The notes under the pieces: model-generated
Database searches by the model: none
What the model was told of the DNA's origin: nothing
What the model saw: only the letters and a program-made list of their open reading frames with translations
Translations under genes and position numbers: made by a program
Source: Octopus vulgaris
Taxonomy: Eukaryota
Direction of reading: 5' to 3'
Assembly: GCA_951406725.2 (NCBI GenBank)
Contig: OX597832.1
Span: 48,732,001-48,796,000 of the forward strand
Length of the DNA: 64,000 nucleotides
In this document: positions 40,431 through 53,980 of the stretch, one piece after another
Numbering within the stretch: the first letter of the stretch is position 1
How the letters are laid out: every line of letters starts with the position of its first letter

Positions 40431-41168
40431 TGTAACATCACAAACACCAATGTACCCCAACATGCACCATGTGACGCACACTCGCACACACACACGGACA
40501 CACGCACACACACACATACACACACACAGCCGGCACACAAACACGCAAATACAAACACTGGCAAACCAGTTCTCCATTAATTCATGGTAGAATTACTTTC
40601 CGTATAAAATATAATAAACCAACGGTAGCCGATGTATGACATGAAAATTGTTATATAGATCGAGGAGCCTAACGAAAAAAGAAAGAGTGTGTGTGTGAGA
40701 GAGGGAGAGAGAGACAGAGAGAGACAGAGAGAGAGACAGAGAGAGAGAGAGAGAAAAAGAGAGAGAGAGAAAAAGAGAGAGAGCAAGAGGGAAAGAGGTA
40801 AAATGGGACAGAATGATGTTCATATGGCTAAACAGTGCGTTGTAAACGTTTTATGACGTGCTGCAGTATGGCCGTGCCTTGGTGGATCAAGACAAGTTGC
40901 AGCAGTGCAAAGGTATAAGGATTTGATACATCTGCAGTATGCATATCAAGTGCACACATTATGTGCAGAATACTTTTTGTTTTTGTAATATCAGTCAACC
41001 GTAAATGATTCGAACCTGAAATACAACTCTCGGTGCATCGTGAAATCATGCAACCATTACAACACGCGATACGAAGTTTACGAAGGCCGCAATGGCTCAC
41101 TTAGATCTCGGCTTACACAAACAGTAGGCATTTTATTCAAACATACACACACGTACTCACATACAAAA

Positions 41169-41551
41169 GTGGAGGCGCAATGGCCCAGTGGTTAGGGCAG
41201 CGGACTCGCAGTCGTAAGAGCGCGGTTTCGATTCCCAGACCGGGCGTTGTGAGTGTTTATTGAGCGAAAACACCTAAAGCTCCACGAGACTCCGGCAGGG
41301 GATGGTGTTGATCCCTGCTGTACTCTTTCACCACAACTTTCTCTCACTCTTACTTCCTGTTTCTGTTGTACCTGTATTTCAAAGGGCCGGCCTTGTCACT
41401 CTCTGTGTCACGCTGAATATCCCCGAGAACTACGTTAAGGGTACACGTGTCTGTGGAGTGCTCAGCCACTTACACGTTAATTTCACGAGCAGGCTGTTCC
41501 GTTGATCGGATCGACCGGAACCCTCGTCGTTGTAACCGACGGAGTGCTTCC
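41169..41551 (+). mobile_element. SINE family C, full-length copy
   Basis: Matches 37713-38095; flanked by catacaaaa on both sides (TSD). Confidence 0.93.
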
Positions 41552-41667
41552 ATACAAAAACACACACATACACACACGTAAGTATAAATACATACACACA
41601 CACACATCCACACAACCATAAATGCATACATACCTACGTGAAAACAAACATACATAAGTGCATACAT

Positions 41668-41985
41668 GGAAAGGCGCGTGGCTTAGGGACATTCGGCTCA
41701 TGACCGTAAGGTCGTGAGCTCAATTCCCGGCGGCGCGTTGTGTCCTTGAGCAAGACACTTCATTTCACGTTGCTCCGGTCCACTCAGCTGGCAAAAATGA
41801 GTAGTACTTGTATTTCAAAGGGTCAGCCTTGTCACACTCTGTGTCACGTTGAATCTACCCGAGAACTACGTTAAGGGTACACGTGTTTGTGGAGTGCTCA
41901 GCCACTAGCACATTAATTTCACGAGCAAGCTGTTCCGTTGATCGGATCAGCTGGGACCCTCGTCGTCGCAACCAATGGAGTGCAA
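41668..41985 (+). mobile_element. Chimeric SINE: family D-like head joined to a family C tail
   Basis: ggcgcgtggcttag..cttcatttcacgttgctc.ggtccactcagctggcaaaaatgagta (D) joined to tgtatttcaaaggg..gagaactacgttaagggtacac (C). Confidence 0.85.
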
Positions 41986-42176
41986 AAAGAGAGATGTACA
42001 TACATACATGCATACGTGCATACATAAATGCTTGTAGACATACATGCATACGTACATACATACATGCATGATTACATACATGTATGCATGCATACATACA
42101 TAAATACATGCATGCACGCATACATACATGCATATGTACATACATACGTACATACATTAATGCATTCGTACGTACA

Positions 42177-42210
<34 letters not shown>

Positions 42211-42224
42211 CATACATGTATTAA

Positions 42225-42520
42225 CCAGGGAACAACTTTCATCCACCAGCTACCTTACTCTCTGGATTTGCAGGTAATTGTTTTTCTTTTATTCAAAATA
42301 TGAAATCTACACAGAATATTCACAAATGTTTTCAGCGATAGAAGAAATTGAAGGAAACTCGTTACTAGGTATGCGAACAACCTCAGAAAAGGCTTTTCGG
42401 GATGCGTTTCTTAACTGGAACAACATCGGAAGCGATGCTTTCCGCAATAGAAGGAACTAATTCGAAGGAAGCAATCTGGATCCAAATTTCGGTAAAGCAA
42501 TAAATTTATTTCCTAAATTA
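42225..42520 (+). mobile_element. Mariner transposase 3' relic
   Basis: FIHQLPYSLDL..VFLLFKI resembles HPPYSPDLAP.DF.LF; downstream SEKAFRDAFLNW. Confidence 0.6.
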
Positions 42521-43420
42521 TTCCATTTCTTGGGGATGCTTCCTCCTCCCCTTCTACTCACCCACGTTATCCACCTGTCCCTATCGTTATCATTATCGTC
42601 AGGATTATTAGCTCCAGGTCGATCGACAAACCTCCCACACTGTCCCTTCCCAAATAGTGTCGCTTTTGTAGCTGTAACAGGTAGTGCTAATCACGCAACC
42701 ATACTAAACAAAAAGAGCTTACAGTAAAAGCATATTAACATCAGAAACAACAACAGCAGTAACAGTGAGTACAAACAAAAAAAGCTACAATATAAATATT
42801 ATAATATTCAAGCAACCACCTCCGCTAAAATCATCCATCAATAGTAATAGCAACAACAATAAACACAAAAAACGGTAGCAGAGACTACTAATGTGTTGCA
42901 GGAAAAATTCTTTGTTACCGTTTCTGCATTAATTTAAATCTATCAAGCATTAAGTAACGTTTATTTCAAACACGTAAACATTGGAAAAATTTCAATAACT
43001 TCATTATTCTAGGTCTTAGTGTATAGATAGATTCCTAGACTGACGGCAAATAGGCAATTTAGTTGGAATATCGAATAGAATACCTGGAAATATTTGTGCA
43101 GTTTCTGGAGTCTTGGAGTGGAAGTTTTTAAGTGTAATTCCCATAGATGTTAATACGAGATGCCCTCTAAATAGGGAACTGTAGAGTATATTCTAGTACA
43201 ATACTCGACGACTATAAATCTCAAGAAAGGTTGAGGAATATTTTTTGTGTGTCGAGATGAAAGGGTTAACAAGCTCGCCTCGCAACCAAATAATTTCGAG
43301 TTCCATTGCACAGCACCTTGGGTAAGTGTCCCCTACTAAAGTTCCGAACCGACTGATGTATTATAAGTGAATCTGGTGGAGAGAACCTGTGTGGTGTCCC
43401 ATTATATTTATATGTGTGAA

Positions 43421-43650
43421 GGCGGCGAGCAGGCAGACGACACGTTAGCGCGCCAGGCGAAATGCTTAGCTGTATTTTGTCTGTCGTTACGTTATGAGTT
43501 CAAATTCCGCCGAGGTCGACTTTGCCTTTCATCCTTTCAGGGTCGATAAATAAAATACCAGTTTCGCACTGGGGTCGATGTAATCGACTTAATCCCTTTG
43601 TCTGTCCTTGTTTGTCCCCTCTATGTTTAGCCCCTTGTGGGCAATAAAAA
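43421..43650 (+). mobile_element. SINE family A, full-length copy
   Basis: Matches 19072-19302; A-rich tail. Confidence 0.92.
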
Positions 43651-44115
43651 AAAATGTTTATATGTGTGCATGTGAGTGTGTGTGTGTGAGTGTGTGTGTG
43701 TGTGTGTTTGTGGACGCGCGCATCGCGTATGTGTCTTTGCGTTTGTACTCGTGCCACGAGTCGACGGGCGTTGGTTGTTATCGAAAGAATAATTTCGAGA
43801 CGTTGTACATTAAATACTGGGGTAGAATTGGTTCGACAAACCCCTTCAGCTTGGTGTATCAGCTTGGCTGCAATTCGATGAATGAAAGTAGCAAAAAAAA
43901 AAATAATAATAATATAATAATAATAATAAATGATATATAAGTGTAAGTTCACAAAAAGAGATTTCTGTCTGACCTTGTTGATTGTGATCCTTTGAAGCAG
44001 CCACGAGGTTCTCAGAAGGAATTGGCTGAAATGCTTCGAAGTGGAAAGTTCAAATGATAACAAAACTAGAGACACAAAAGTCAAGAAAATTATTAACCAT
44101 ATCATACCAAACTTC

Positions 44116-44161
<46 letters not shown>

Positions 44162-44167
44162 CATAAG

Positions 44168-44560
44168 CGCAGGAGTGGCTGTGTGGTAGTAGCTCGCTAA
44201 CCAACCACATGGTTCTGGGTTCAGTCCCATTGCGTGGCATCTTGGGCAAGTGTCTTCCGCTATAGCCTCGGGCTGACCAAAGCCTTGTGAGTGGATTTAG
44301 TAGATGGAAACTGAAAGAAGCCTGTCGTATATATGTATGTGTGTATATGTTTGTGTGTTTGTGTTTGTCCCTCCAACATTGCTTGACAACCGATGCTGGT
44401 GTGTTTACGTCCTCGTCACTTAGTGGTTCAGCAAAAGAGACCGATAGAATAAGTACTGGGCTTACAAAGAATAAGTCCCGGGGTCGATTTGTTCGACTAA
44501 AGGCGGTGCTCCAGCATGGCCGCAGCCAAATGACTGAAAAGAGTAAAAAGAGTAAAAGAG
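44168..44560 (+). mobile_element. SINE family B, full-length copy
   Basis: gcgcaggagtggctgtgtgg..gggttcagtccc...tgactgaaa(agagtaaa)n tail. Confidence 0.93.
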
Positions 44561-45652
44561 TATATATATATACATACATACAGCGGTATACACATACATA
44601 TATCATATATATTCTTATATTTATTTATTTATTTATTTACGTATACTGAGCTGTTGAATTTCTGTTGTCAAACCAAGCATTTTGTTGTCATCCTGTTTTA
44701 ATTTTCATTTGACAGAATATAAAGTCCTCAGGTTTTCGTATATACCATTGATAATGATACCAGATGCAATTTTCTGATTGCTTTTGTTGGTCATATCAGG
44801 AATTTTATAGACTTTCACAGCTTTATCATTGCCAGCGTTTGTATATACTATATATATTCTTTTTTGTTCTTAATTCAGCAGTGGAGTCTTGTTGCTCGAG
44901 GGATAACACCACATATTTAGTCTCTAACATTGCCCCTAAATATTTTTCATTTCTGCTGTGACCGAAATAGCATGTTATGAGATTATGCTTCTGGTATCAA
45001 ATTCCTTGTACCACCTGCAATTTGGTATTAAATTCTTCCTTTAATTTTAACTTTGCTTTTGTAGATGTTTGAGTTATGAATTTAAGTGTATGGAAGCAGC
45101 TAGAGATAAACCTTGAATTTTGATCCTTAGATTAAAACGTTTTAACCATGCTTGTGTTAAAAACCTATTAATCAGCTTTGATTCTAAAGCATTCGAAGAT
45201 CATTAAAATAATATGTTTTTTTAATTAGATTACTATCCGCGTACCATTAAGATAATTTTCATACTAAATATGTGCACACTGTTAGAAAGCATGATGTGGA
45301 GATTATCTGGAATAAAATCTCTTTACTGAATTGTGTTCTTAACACAATACATACCAGAGGGAAATGAACTTCGTTTGTGCAGCAACTTAAGAGAACGACA
45401 GAATTGTTTTGCCTTTTTTGAGGTTTGTCAGTGCTAAGCATTCGATTTAGAGTTAATAAAATATTTCGGAAACTTGCTGAATTGCAAAAAAATGTTGGTG
45501 TATGCTGTTAAAACAACGTTAAATTAAAATCGCTGTTTGTGCATGATGCTAAATATATACACACCGTTAGAAGATAAGAAAGGCGAAATGAGCCTGTTGG
45601 TCTGTGTGTCCCTGCGGAAACGATATTGATATCACTCCGACATGTGTGTGTA

Positions 45653-45736
<84 letters not shown>

Positions 45737-45842
45737 GTGTCTACATTTGGTATGATATGCAGATGGCGATTTTAATTCAAAGTTGTTTCGCTTGCGTACA
45801 CTGAGTATTTTTTTCCTTTTAATAATTTTTTTTTATGTCAGA

Positions 45843-46040
45843 GTGGTGAATTGGCAGAATCGTTAAAGTACCAACAATTTTAAGCCAGGACGTTAAACGT
45901 CCTGGCTTAAAATTCCGCCGAAGTCAACCTTGCCTGTTATCCCTCCAGGGTCGATAAAATAAACTTTCAATTAAGTACTGGTTTCGATGATACCGACTAA
46001 TCCAGTCACACCCCACCAATAATACTGATCCTGTGCCCAA
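45843..46040 (+). mobile_element. Decayed family A SINE containing a perfect 39-bp palindrome (45876-45914)
   Basis: aattttaagccaggacgtt-a-aacgtcctggcttaaaatt. Confidence 0.8.
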
Positions 46041-46459
46041 ATTATGTTCAAAGTGGAGGTATCTCTTAGATACCCTAAATTATAATTTTAAATAATTATT
46101 ACCTTTGAAGGTTTTTATTCCCATGCTGGCCACTTGATAAGATCGATATTTGAATTAACGATCTTATCTTTATTTATATAAATATATATGTCTGTGTGTG
46201 TGCATGTGCGTGTGCGTGTGTGTGTAGAACCGTATGTATGTATAAATGTATGTTTGAGTGTGTGTATGCATCTATGTGCATGTATCGTGGTTCCCGTGTT
46301 CCTGGTTGCATATTTGACCCAACACCTCCGATTTCAAAAACCTGTGTTAAAGACGAAAACTCCCTGAAAACGATTATCCAGTGTAACCGCAGTACAAGAA
46401 CTAAATTCAGTAACTTGATAATAGAATATACACGCAAAAACACACACCACACAACAAAG

Positions 46460-46552
46460 GGAGGTCAGCCCTCCCTCGTCAACCTAGGTGACACGCACGG
46501 ACAACTGCAGTCCGTGCGTGTCACCTAGGTTGACGAGGGAGGGCTGACCTCC
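46460..46552. repeat. Perfect 43-bp GC-rich inverted repeat with a 7-nt loop
   Basis: 46460-46502 is the reverse complement of 46510-46552. Confidence 0.95.
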
Positions 46553-46562
46553 TTTGCAAATA

Positions 46563-46780
46563 CCTATTTCTTTACTACCCACAAGGGGCTAAACACAGAG
46601 TGGACAAACGGATTAAGTCGATTACATCGACCCCAGTGCGTAACTGGTACTTAATTTATCGACCCCGAAAGGATGAAAGGCAAAGTCGTCCTCGGTGGAA
46701 TTTGAACTCATAACGTAGCGGCAGACGAAATACCGCTAAGCATTTCGCCCGGCGTGCTAACGTTTCTACCAGCTCGCCGC
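46563..46780 (-). mobile_element. SINE family A copy nested inside the fold-back element at 46460-46945
   Basis: It interrupts ctttgcaaatac|gggcacagaaa, which is contiguous (apart from tgata) in the relative at about 53538-53565. Confidence 0.9.
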
Positions 46781-46943
46781 CCGGGCACAGAAAATGTGCC
46801 TAAAGCCAGCTGGAGACGATGATCGCCTGGGGCTACAAGCTACAGTAACACCCACCCTTAGTGGTTAGCCATATTGAGATGGCTAGTATACCTTACATTG
46901 TCGTGCAGTTACTGTTTACATCTCGTTCAGAGATTTATTATTG

Positions 46944-46993
<50 letters not shown>

Positions 46994-46994
46994 C

Positions 46995-47057
<63 letters not shown>

Positions 47058-47783
47058 TATACATGTATATACTTATGAATATATATATACATGTATATGT
47101 TTATGTATGTGGGTATAGATTTGTGTATCGCGTCTGTGTATGTACATACATAGGCAGCATATGCTTAAACGCATACAATGACGCTCAAAGTATACGAATT
47201 AAAGAGATTTAATTTTACCAAAATGTAGGAAGGAAATGCAAAAAGAAACGAAAGGCAAAAACTGAGAACAAGTGTTGTAAATGTAAATATATAACAATTG
47301 CAGAATAGCTACCATATGTGCATATAGAAGCGAATTACTCACAATACAGATGAATATCAAATGCCCATACGATGAAATCAATATTACTTTTCAACAGTCT
47401 GGGAACAGAAACTGGATAGTCTCGTAGCGTCGTAAAAAAATAGAACGTAATTGAAGTTTTTCTTCAATAAGGATATACATTTAAATGAATTCTTAACCTT
47501 TCTGAGTGTTTTTCTATAAATCTAAGCAAATTTTAAATTGCTTACGTGAATCCCCGATGAAACATCCTGAAAAGACGTGGCCCTAAACGACAAAAAAATT
47601 GGTTTCAAAGCTATTAGGAATCTCTTGCAAAATCAAGACCTCAGCAGTTGTCGAAACGGATTTAATTACATTCATTACATACCTTCTGAAATACGCTGAG
47701 TTGGCAAATTTTACTGCTATTAAATTCAGAATATATTTATGCTTGTAAAGCCGAGGAAACCGAAAATCTGTTCAAACTAGAAG

Positions 47784-47875
<92 letters not shown>

Positions 47876-47877
47876 TA

Positions 47878-48430
47878 TATTGGGTTGTCCGGAAAGTTCA
47901 TGCCGATTTTTAAAAGAGAGAAAAAGGTCAATAAAAACTTGCCATTACATTTTTAATCAACCAAATATGAACCATTTTGTTGCACAATGTATCTCCATCT
48001 TTCCTTTAACTTGAAAATACCTTCTTCCCAGAATTGAAGTGGTTTCATGGCAAAGAATTCATCAAGGTATCTTTTTACATCATCCAAGGAATTGAAAATT
48101 TTGACTATTAAGACTATTCTGCAGAGACCTGAATAAGTGGAAATCTGAAGAAGCAACATATGGTGAATATGGAGGGTGGGGTAACACATCCCAGCCGAAC
48201 TGCAGCAATTTTTGTCTGGTTCCCAAAGCATCAAGTGCCGAAAATGAACTTTCTCATCGTCCATTTTAATGGGTTACAGAATTAACACATGTTATAGGAA
48301 CATAAACCTTCTTCCACGAAAAGATAGCATAAACTGTGCTCTAAATGGTGGTGTAGTAAAATCCTATTTTATGGATTCAACCATGTTCTAAAATAAGTCG
48401 AAAAGTAAGCTACTATAAATCGGCACGAAC
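47878..48430 (-). mobile_element. Internally deleted mariner element, same subfamily as 38440-38897
   Basis: TA + ttgggttgtccggaaagttcatgccg TIR; partial other TIR aatcggcacgaac; ORF MDDEKVHFRHLMLWE is fused to the C-terminal transposase. Confidence 0.93.
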
Positions 48431-48829
48431 GACGTGACGATAGTCTTACTAATATATTCAAGTAATGCAGATTCATTAGAACGTCTCAACCCGCGCAGAC
48501 CTTACATAACATTAAAGAATCATAAAACTATTATTTCTCAGTTAAGCCAATATGTAAACTTATTAGTACAAGAAAACGTGAACTAGCGATAGTTAGACAA
48601 CACTATTTTGATTCTATCATCACAAATGTAAAACGGATAATAATCAACTTTATAAGCATGTATCGGTACCTCTGCCAGTTGGCTTGACAGTATTGAAGAA
48701 TCAACTGCAAATTAACCCGGCTTAACATTATATCATTCTATTCTTCGGTCTGTGAATAGCTTCTCATGGGGGTGCTAACATTTATAAAAGCATGCCCCAG
48801 AATATAACTGATACCGATATTAATGTTAC

Positions 48830-49035
48830 ATGTGGTTTTGATTCCTGGACCGGGCGATGCGTTGTGTTCTTCAGCTAAACACTTCATTTCACGTTGCTCC
48901 AGTCCACTCAGCTGGCAAAAATGAGTAACGTTGCGATGGACTAGCGTCCCGTTCAGCTGTAGAACACATACGCCATTGAAACCGGGAAACCGGGCCCATG
49001 AGCCTGGCTAGGCTTTAAAAGGGTGCATTTATTTA
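48830..49035 (+). mobile_element. SINE family D copy, 5'-truncated
   Basis: Matches 59757-60010. Confidence 0.9.
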
Positions 49036-49187
49036 TTTTATATATGTCTGTGGCAAATTCTATACGAGAATAATCGATGTGTAATCTACACATTGTTGCA
49101 ATAAGAATAATCCGGCAATGAATTAGTAAATTCATCAGTATTTATATTGATGAATTAGTAAATGAATGAGTAAATTCATCAATATTT

Positions 49188-49400
49188 ATGTTGTTGAAGA
49201 GTTCCTGGTTTTAAGGGTGTCACGAAAGGCCTAGTTAGAGTCCCAACCTTCCGAGTTCTGTTACTGAGCTACAAAAAACTGAAGGACCACTGCAGTTAAT
49301 ATGTGAATCCGAGAGGGGAATATGTTGAATAAAATCATAATTAATTCCCCTGTGTATTTTCTTTTACCCAAAGCCAGGAGTGTCTTCAGCACACCCTCGA
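49188..49400 (+). mobile_element. About 210-bp mariner-type MITE
   Basis: TIR-like tgttgaagagttcctgg / ccaggagtgtcttcagcacaccctcg; reverse-oriented relative at 59470-59683. Confidence 0.7.
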
Positions 49401-50589
49401 TTTCACTGAAAAACAAAAGATCTAAATACACCATCTTCAAATAAATTAAGATCTAATATTGGTATATATTTGTCATAAGAAACTTTCAAAAAAGTAATTA
49501 GAAGTTATTATGCAATGAGGGAAAAGAAACAATATTTGATGGTGATTAATATCATTTTCATTTCGTACTTCGATGACTACGCCGGAAACTGTACTTAATT
49601 GATGATGTCATGTAAATATTGATACATATCTGCGAAGTTGTCTTTGATACATATTCTTTACTCTTTACTCTTTTACTTGTTTCAGTCATTTGACTGCGGC
49701 TATACTGAAACAAATAAAAGAGTAAACGTTTTCTTTGCTATATATATCTTTTCTTTCTCGTTTACCTCGTCAACAGCTCATTAAATAAGTGAAATTTAAT
49801 TATGCATTTGTTGAGATAAGCTAAAATCGTTTTTAAAGGACTGATCATGGCTAATTCGTAACTGATTTAGAGATAAAAGCAAGCCTTTCGTATATAGTTC
49901 TCAAGCTGGTTGTGACTGCATAAGACATTCATAAGGAAAACTGAGATATCGCTTCACCGTATCAAATAAGAGGATACATGAGACTGACAGATAAAGGACA
50001 ATTTGCTTAAGCCATTATATAAAAATCCGTATCCAACTCGGTTTATACGTGTGTGTTTCTGATAAGGACTGTCACACAATATTCAGACAGTTTCGTATGT
50101 GAATAGGAATAGGAATAACCAAATAAAGTTGCCCTACCATTCCCACCGAAGTAAATACAATTGGAATGCTGACAATCTGTAGAAAGAATCAATTCAATTA
50201 ATCCAAAGATTTTTTTTCTATTTTGACAGAGGAATACCGAGGACAGGGATTCAAAGCAGTGGAATAATCAACAGCTGTCATTTCAATTAAAATATTAATT
50301 AGGTCAGTTGATGTTGAATAGAGTTTGAAGGTTTTAACTTTAAAAGAGTAAAACTTCTGCCCCATATACAGATGTTGTATAATTTATGTATTTGTGTGTT
50401 TCTGGTGATTCTTAGAGAAATGCAAAAGGTCATTTGTTCAACTTATTACTCATAACTTTTTTTCTTAATTTATTTTTATGTATATTAACATTTCTGAAAA
50501 TATATGTGACTGATTATTTTTTTCTGAAATATGTTTCAATGACACCTTTTTTCTTTCAAAATTATCCTTCATCACATTTTAAGTATTTC

Positions 50590-50890
50590 AAAGTGTACAA
50601 GGCTGGGTTTTTTTTTTTCAGAACATGCATAGAAAGTATTCTTCTGTATGGGTTTAAAACCTGGACTATGCAAAAAAAAAAAGCTCTATGATCATCTTGA
50701 AGGTTTGTACAACAAGCTTTTTGTGAGGCCTCAAAACATCTCATGAAGTGAGCAGAAGACCAAACGGGAGATTTATGGCCGCATTTCAACAGTTTCTATT
50801 ATTTTTACTCAACGCAGGTTAGGCTTCGCTGGCAATTGTTATCCCGTTGAACCCCAACTCATTTCGGATCTTGGAAACATCCACATCGTA
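50590..50890 (+). pseudogene. Relic of a non-LTR retrotransposon (RTE-like) reverse transcriptase C-terminus
   Basis: FFRTCIESILLYGFKTWTM resembles the VESVLLYGSETWT motif; downstream QRRLGFAGNCY resembles RRLRFAGHC; stops and frameshifts present. Confidence 0.7.
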
Positions 50891-51614
50891 TCAAAAACAA
50901 TTCTTCATGATTGCTTTAATGGCACGTACAGCAAAACTTCTTATTAGGTCTTCAAATATCTCATGGTGAAAGTATATGACCATAGAGGCGTTATATATAT
51001 GGACACACTCTACCGATCTTTACTATTGTTACTGTCCATTTTTACTATGTTGAACAACAGGCAATATCAGATGTTACATTTTGGAGATTTCTACGTCGTA
51101 ATAGAAGAAACTTAGCAAATACACTGTTGATGTTATTAACAGAGGCGTTTAGCATTAAAGTTGGGACCTACCAAATTTAATGGCGACGGAGATTCTGTTT
51201 TGGTTTGGGGAAACACATCCTTCTGACAGTCGATTCAAGGACAATGTATATAAACAATAAACACCAACTATCTCTAGATCAAATGAATACTAAGATAAGT
51301 ACACGGGAGCTGTCGAATTCTACATTGCAGATTTTATTTTAACTTAGAAGTTATTCGAATTTTCGTTGTCAGTCGAGTATATAATTAAGTTAGTGTCCAC
51401 ATATTTATTGCAAGGAACATGAAAAAGCTAACTTGAAATAAATATGCTGTAGAAAATCAATATTAGTCACATACTAATATTATTTTCCTGTTTTCGGCAA
51501 ATACAGGAGAAAATTCCGGATATTTTTGGTCTTATTATGACCAGTTTAGCTACTGTGATATTTCCTAAGTTCTTTGATCTCAAAGTCTATGTGTCTCACT
51601 TTCCTATGTATGTA

Positions 51615-51687
<73 letters not shown>

Positions 51688-51785
51688 CATACATATAAAT
51701 CTGTGTATGCTATACACACATATCTATATATATATATACATATGCATATATATATGTACATACATATAAATCTGTGTATGCTATG

Positions 51786-51854
<69 letters not shown>

Positions 51855-51956
51855 TAGACACATACATATTTTTGTCCTTAGACATACGTACGTGTATATA
51901 TATGTAGATGTATATATTCATATAGATGTATTTACATATGTGTGTGTGTGTGTGTG

Positions 51957-52009
<53 letters not shown>

Positions 52010-52051
52010 TATATGCATATCGAGGGAGATGTGCTCCATAGATAGACAGAC

Positions 52052-52153
<102 letters not shown>

Positions 52154-52432
52154 CTCAGAGCGTGGGAGAGATAAATACGAACATAGAGATCAAAGAAAAG
52201 TGATTATAGTTAAACTAAATATCCGGAGTTGTCGCCCATGTTTGCCGAACCCAGGAAAATAATGTTAGTAATTGACAAATATTGATTTTTCCCTACCGCA
52301 TTCTTATTTCTAGTTAGCTTTGTAATATTTCATGTATTAGATATGTTAGCTCTTAATTGTATACTGTACTAAAAGTCCAAAATTCAGGCAATTGCTGGTA
52401 CATTCAATTACACGAACATTCACCCACTCATT

Positions 52433-52471
<39 letters not shown>

Positions 52472-52635
52472 GTGTGTATAAATACACACATTACAACAGC
52501 TTCGACACCATTAGTACAAGACTAGTTAAGCTGTGAGTATATATATATATATTTATATGTATGTATATGTACACTTATATATACATACATATACATATAT
52601 GTATGTGTGTATATATATATATGTATATATATATG

Positions 52636-52696
<61 letters not shown>

Positions 52697-53003
52697 CGTG
52701 ATCACATGACCGACCAGGCCATCAGATGTTGCTACATATCGCTGGTCATAATGCGCTTTGCACTGTTTTACCCTTCAAATGACGTCATCCCGCCTGCTAA
52801 GCGAGCGAGCCAACAGAGGAAAGTGAGAAAAAGTTGTGGCGAAAGAGTACAGCAGGGATCATCACCACCCCACCTGCCGGAGCCCCGTGGAGCTTTTAGG
52901 TGTTTTCGCTCAATAAACACTCACAACGCCCGGTGTGGGAATCAAAACCACCACCCTACGACCGCGTGTCCGCTACCCTAACCACTGGGCCATTGCGCCT
53001 CCA
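52697..53003 (-). mobile_element. SINE with a family C head and a different 3' tail
   Basis: cctaaccactgggccattgcgcctccac head; the tail diverges from family C after ccacaactt. Confidence 0.8.
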
Positions 53004-53064
53004 CACACACACACACACACACCACTCATATACATATATGAAAGCCAAAGGAACTGGAACCTCA

Positions 53065-53138
53065 TTAACTGACAGCTGTTTCTGCTTAGAGATGAAGGTC
53101 AGTGAGTGTGCATCATATCATATCTTCCTCGGGGCTTC
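53065..53138 (-). ncRNA. Decayed hammerhead-like motif (U4C)
   Basis: Minus strand: aagcc CCGAGGA ... GAAA CAGCUG UC aguu. Core and palindromic stem III are intact, but stems I and II pair poorly. Confidence 0.4.
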
Positions 53139-53383
53139 AAGAATGACGAGCAAATTTGAGAAGATATTTACATATAAATAGGAAAGGTGTTTTCGGTAGA
53201 TGAAAATACGCTCTCAAATAAGCTTGCTCTTCACCTCCGAGGCTGTAAATAAGTTCATTGCATTGCATAATTTCCAGTTCGTTTGTGATTTATTTCAGAT
53301 CAGATTACACGATTACACTCTGTATTCGACTTTCGCATTGTACTGAATTTTAACCGAGTTATTAATATCGTTATGTAGCAGTG

Positions 53384-53421
<38 letters not shown>

Positions 53422-53423
<2 letters not shown>

Positions 53424-53667
53424 CAATGGTAAATCTCAGAGCGAGTTATAAACAGTAGCAGCAACACATCGTGACGTATATTTGCCATTTGAATATGGCT
53501 AACCCCTAAGGGTGGATGCTACTGTAGTTTGTAGCCCCTTTGCAAATACTGATAGGGCACAGAAAGTGTGTCTATAGCCAGCTGGAGGAGGTGTCCTCCT
53601 GGGGCTACAAACTACAGTAGCATCCACCCTTAAGGGTTAGCCATATTCAAATGGCAAATATACGTCA

Positions 53668-53671
<4 letters not shown>
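53422..53671. mobile_element. Fold-back element in (TA)n: 71-bp inverted arms (53468-53538 / 53601-53671) around a 62-bp spacer
   Basis: Arms are complementary with one mismatch; homologous to 46552-46945. Confidence 0.85.
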
Positions 53672-53702
<31 letters not shown>

Positions 53703-53774
53703 AAGAAGCAACATCTGGTGAATATGTGTGAATATGTTTGTGTGTGTGTGTTTGTGTGTGCGTGCGCGTCTTTA

Positions 53775-53980
53775 TGTCTGTGTCTGACCCCCTCTACCGC
53801 TTGAAAACCGGTGTTGGTGTGTTTACGTCCCTGTAACTTTGCAGTTCGGTAAAAGAGACCGATTGAATGAGTACCAAGCTTTAAAAGAAGAAAAATGTCC
53901 TATGGTCGATTTGTTCGACCCTTCGAGGCGCTACTCCAGCATGGCCACAGTCAAATAATTGAAACATCATAAAAGATAAA
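53775..53980 (+). mobile_element. SINE family B, 3' half
   Basis: ggtgtgtttacgtccctgtaac...ccagcatggccacagtcaaat. Confidence 0.8.

Noticed and set aside
46800-46870. gctacaagct..taacac as a twister ribozyme; ttgac..tgat near 46530 as a SECIS
   Set aside because: The required pseudoknot/GAG segment and the SECIS stem geometry could not be built by eye.
50212-50267. Splice acceptor followed by EEYRGQGFKAVE* (GNAT-like motif)
   Set aside because: Only 12 codons before a stop and no partner exons; compatible with chance.
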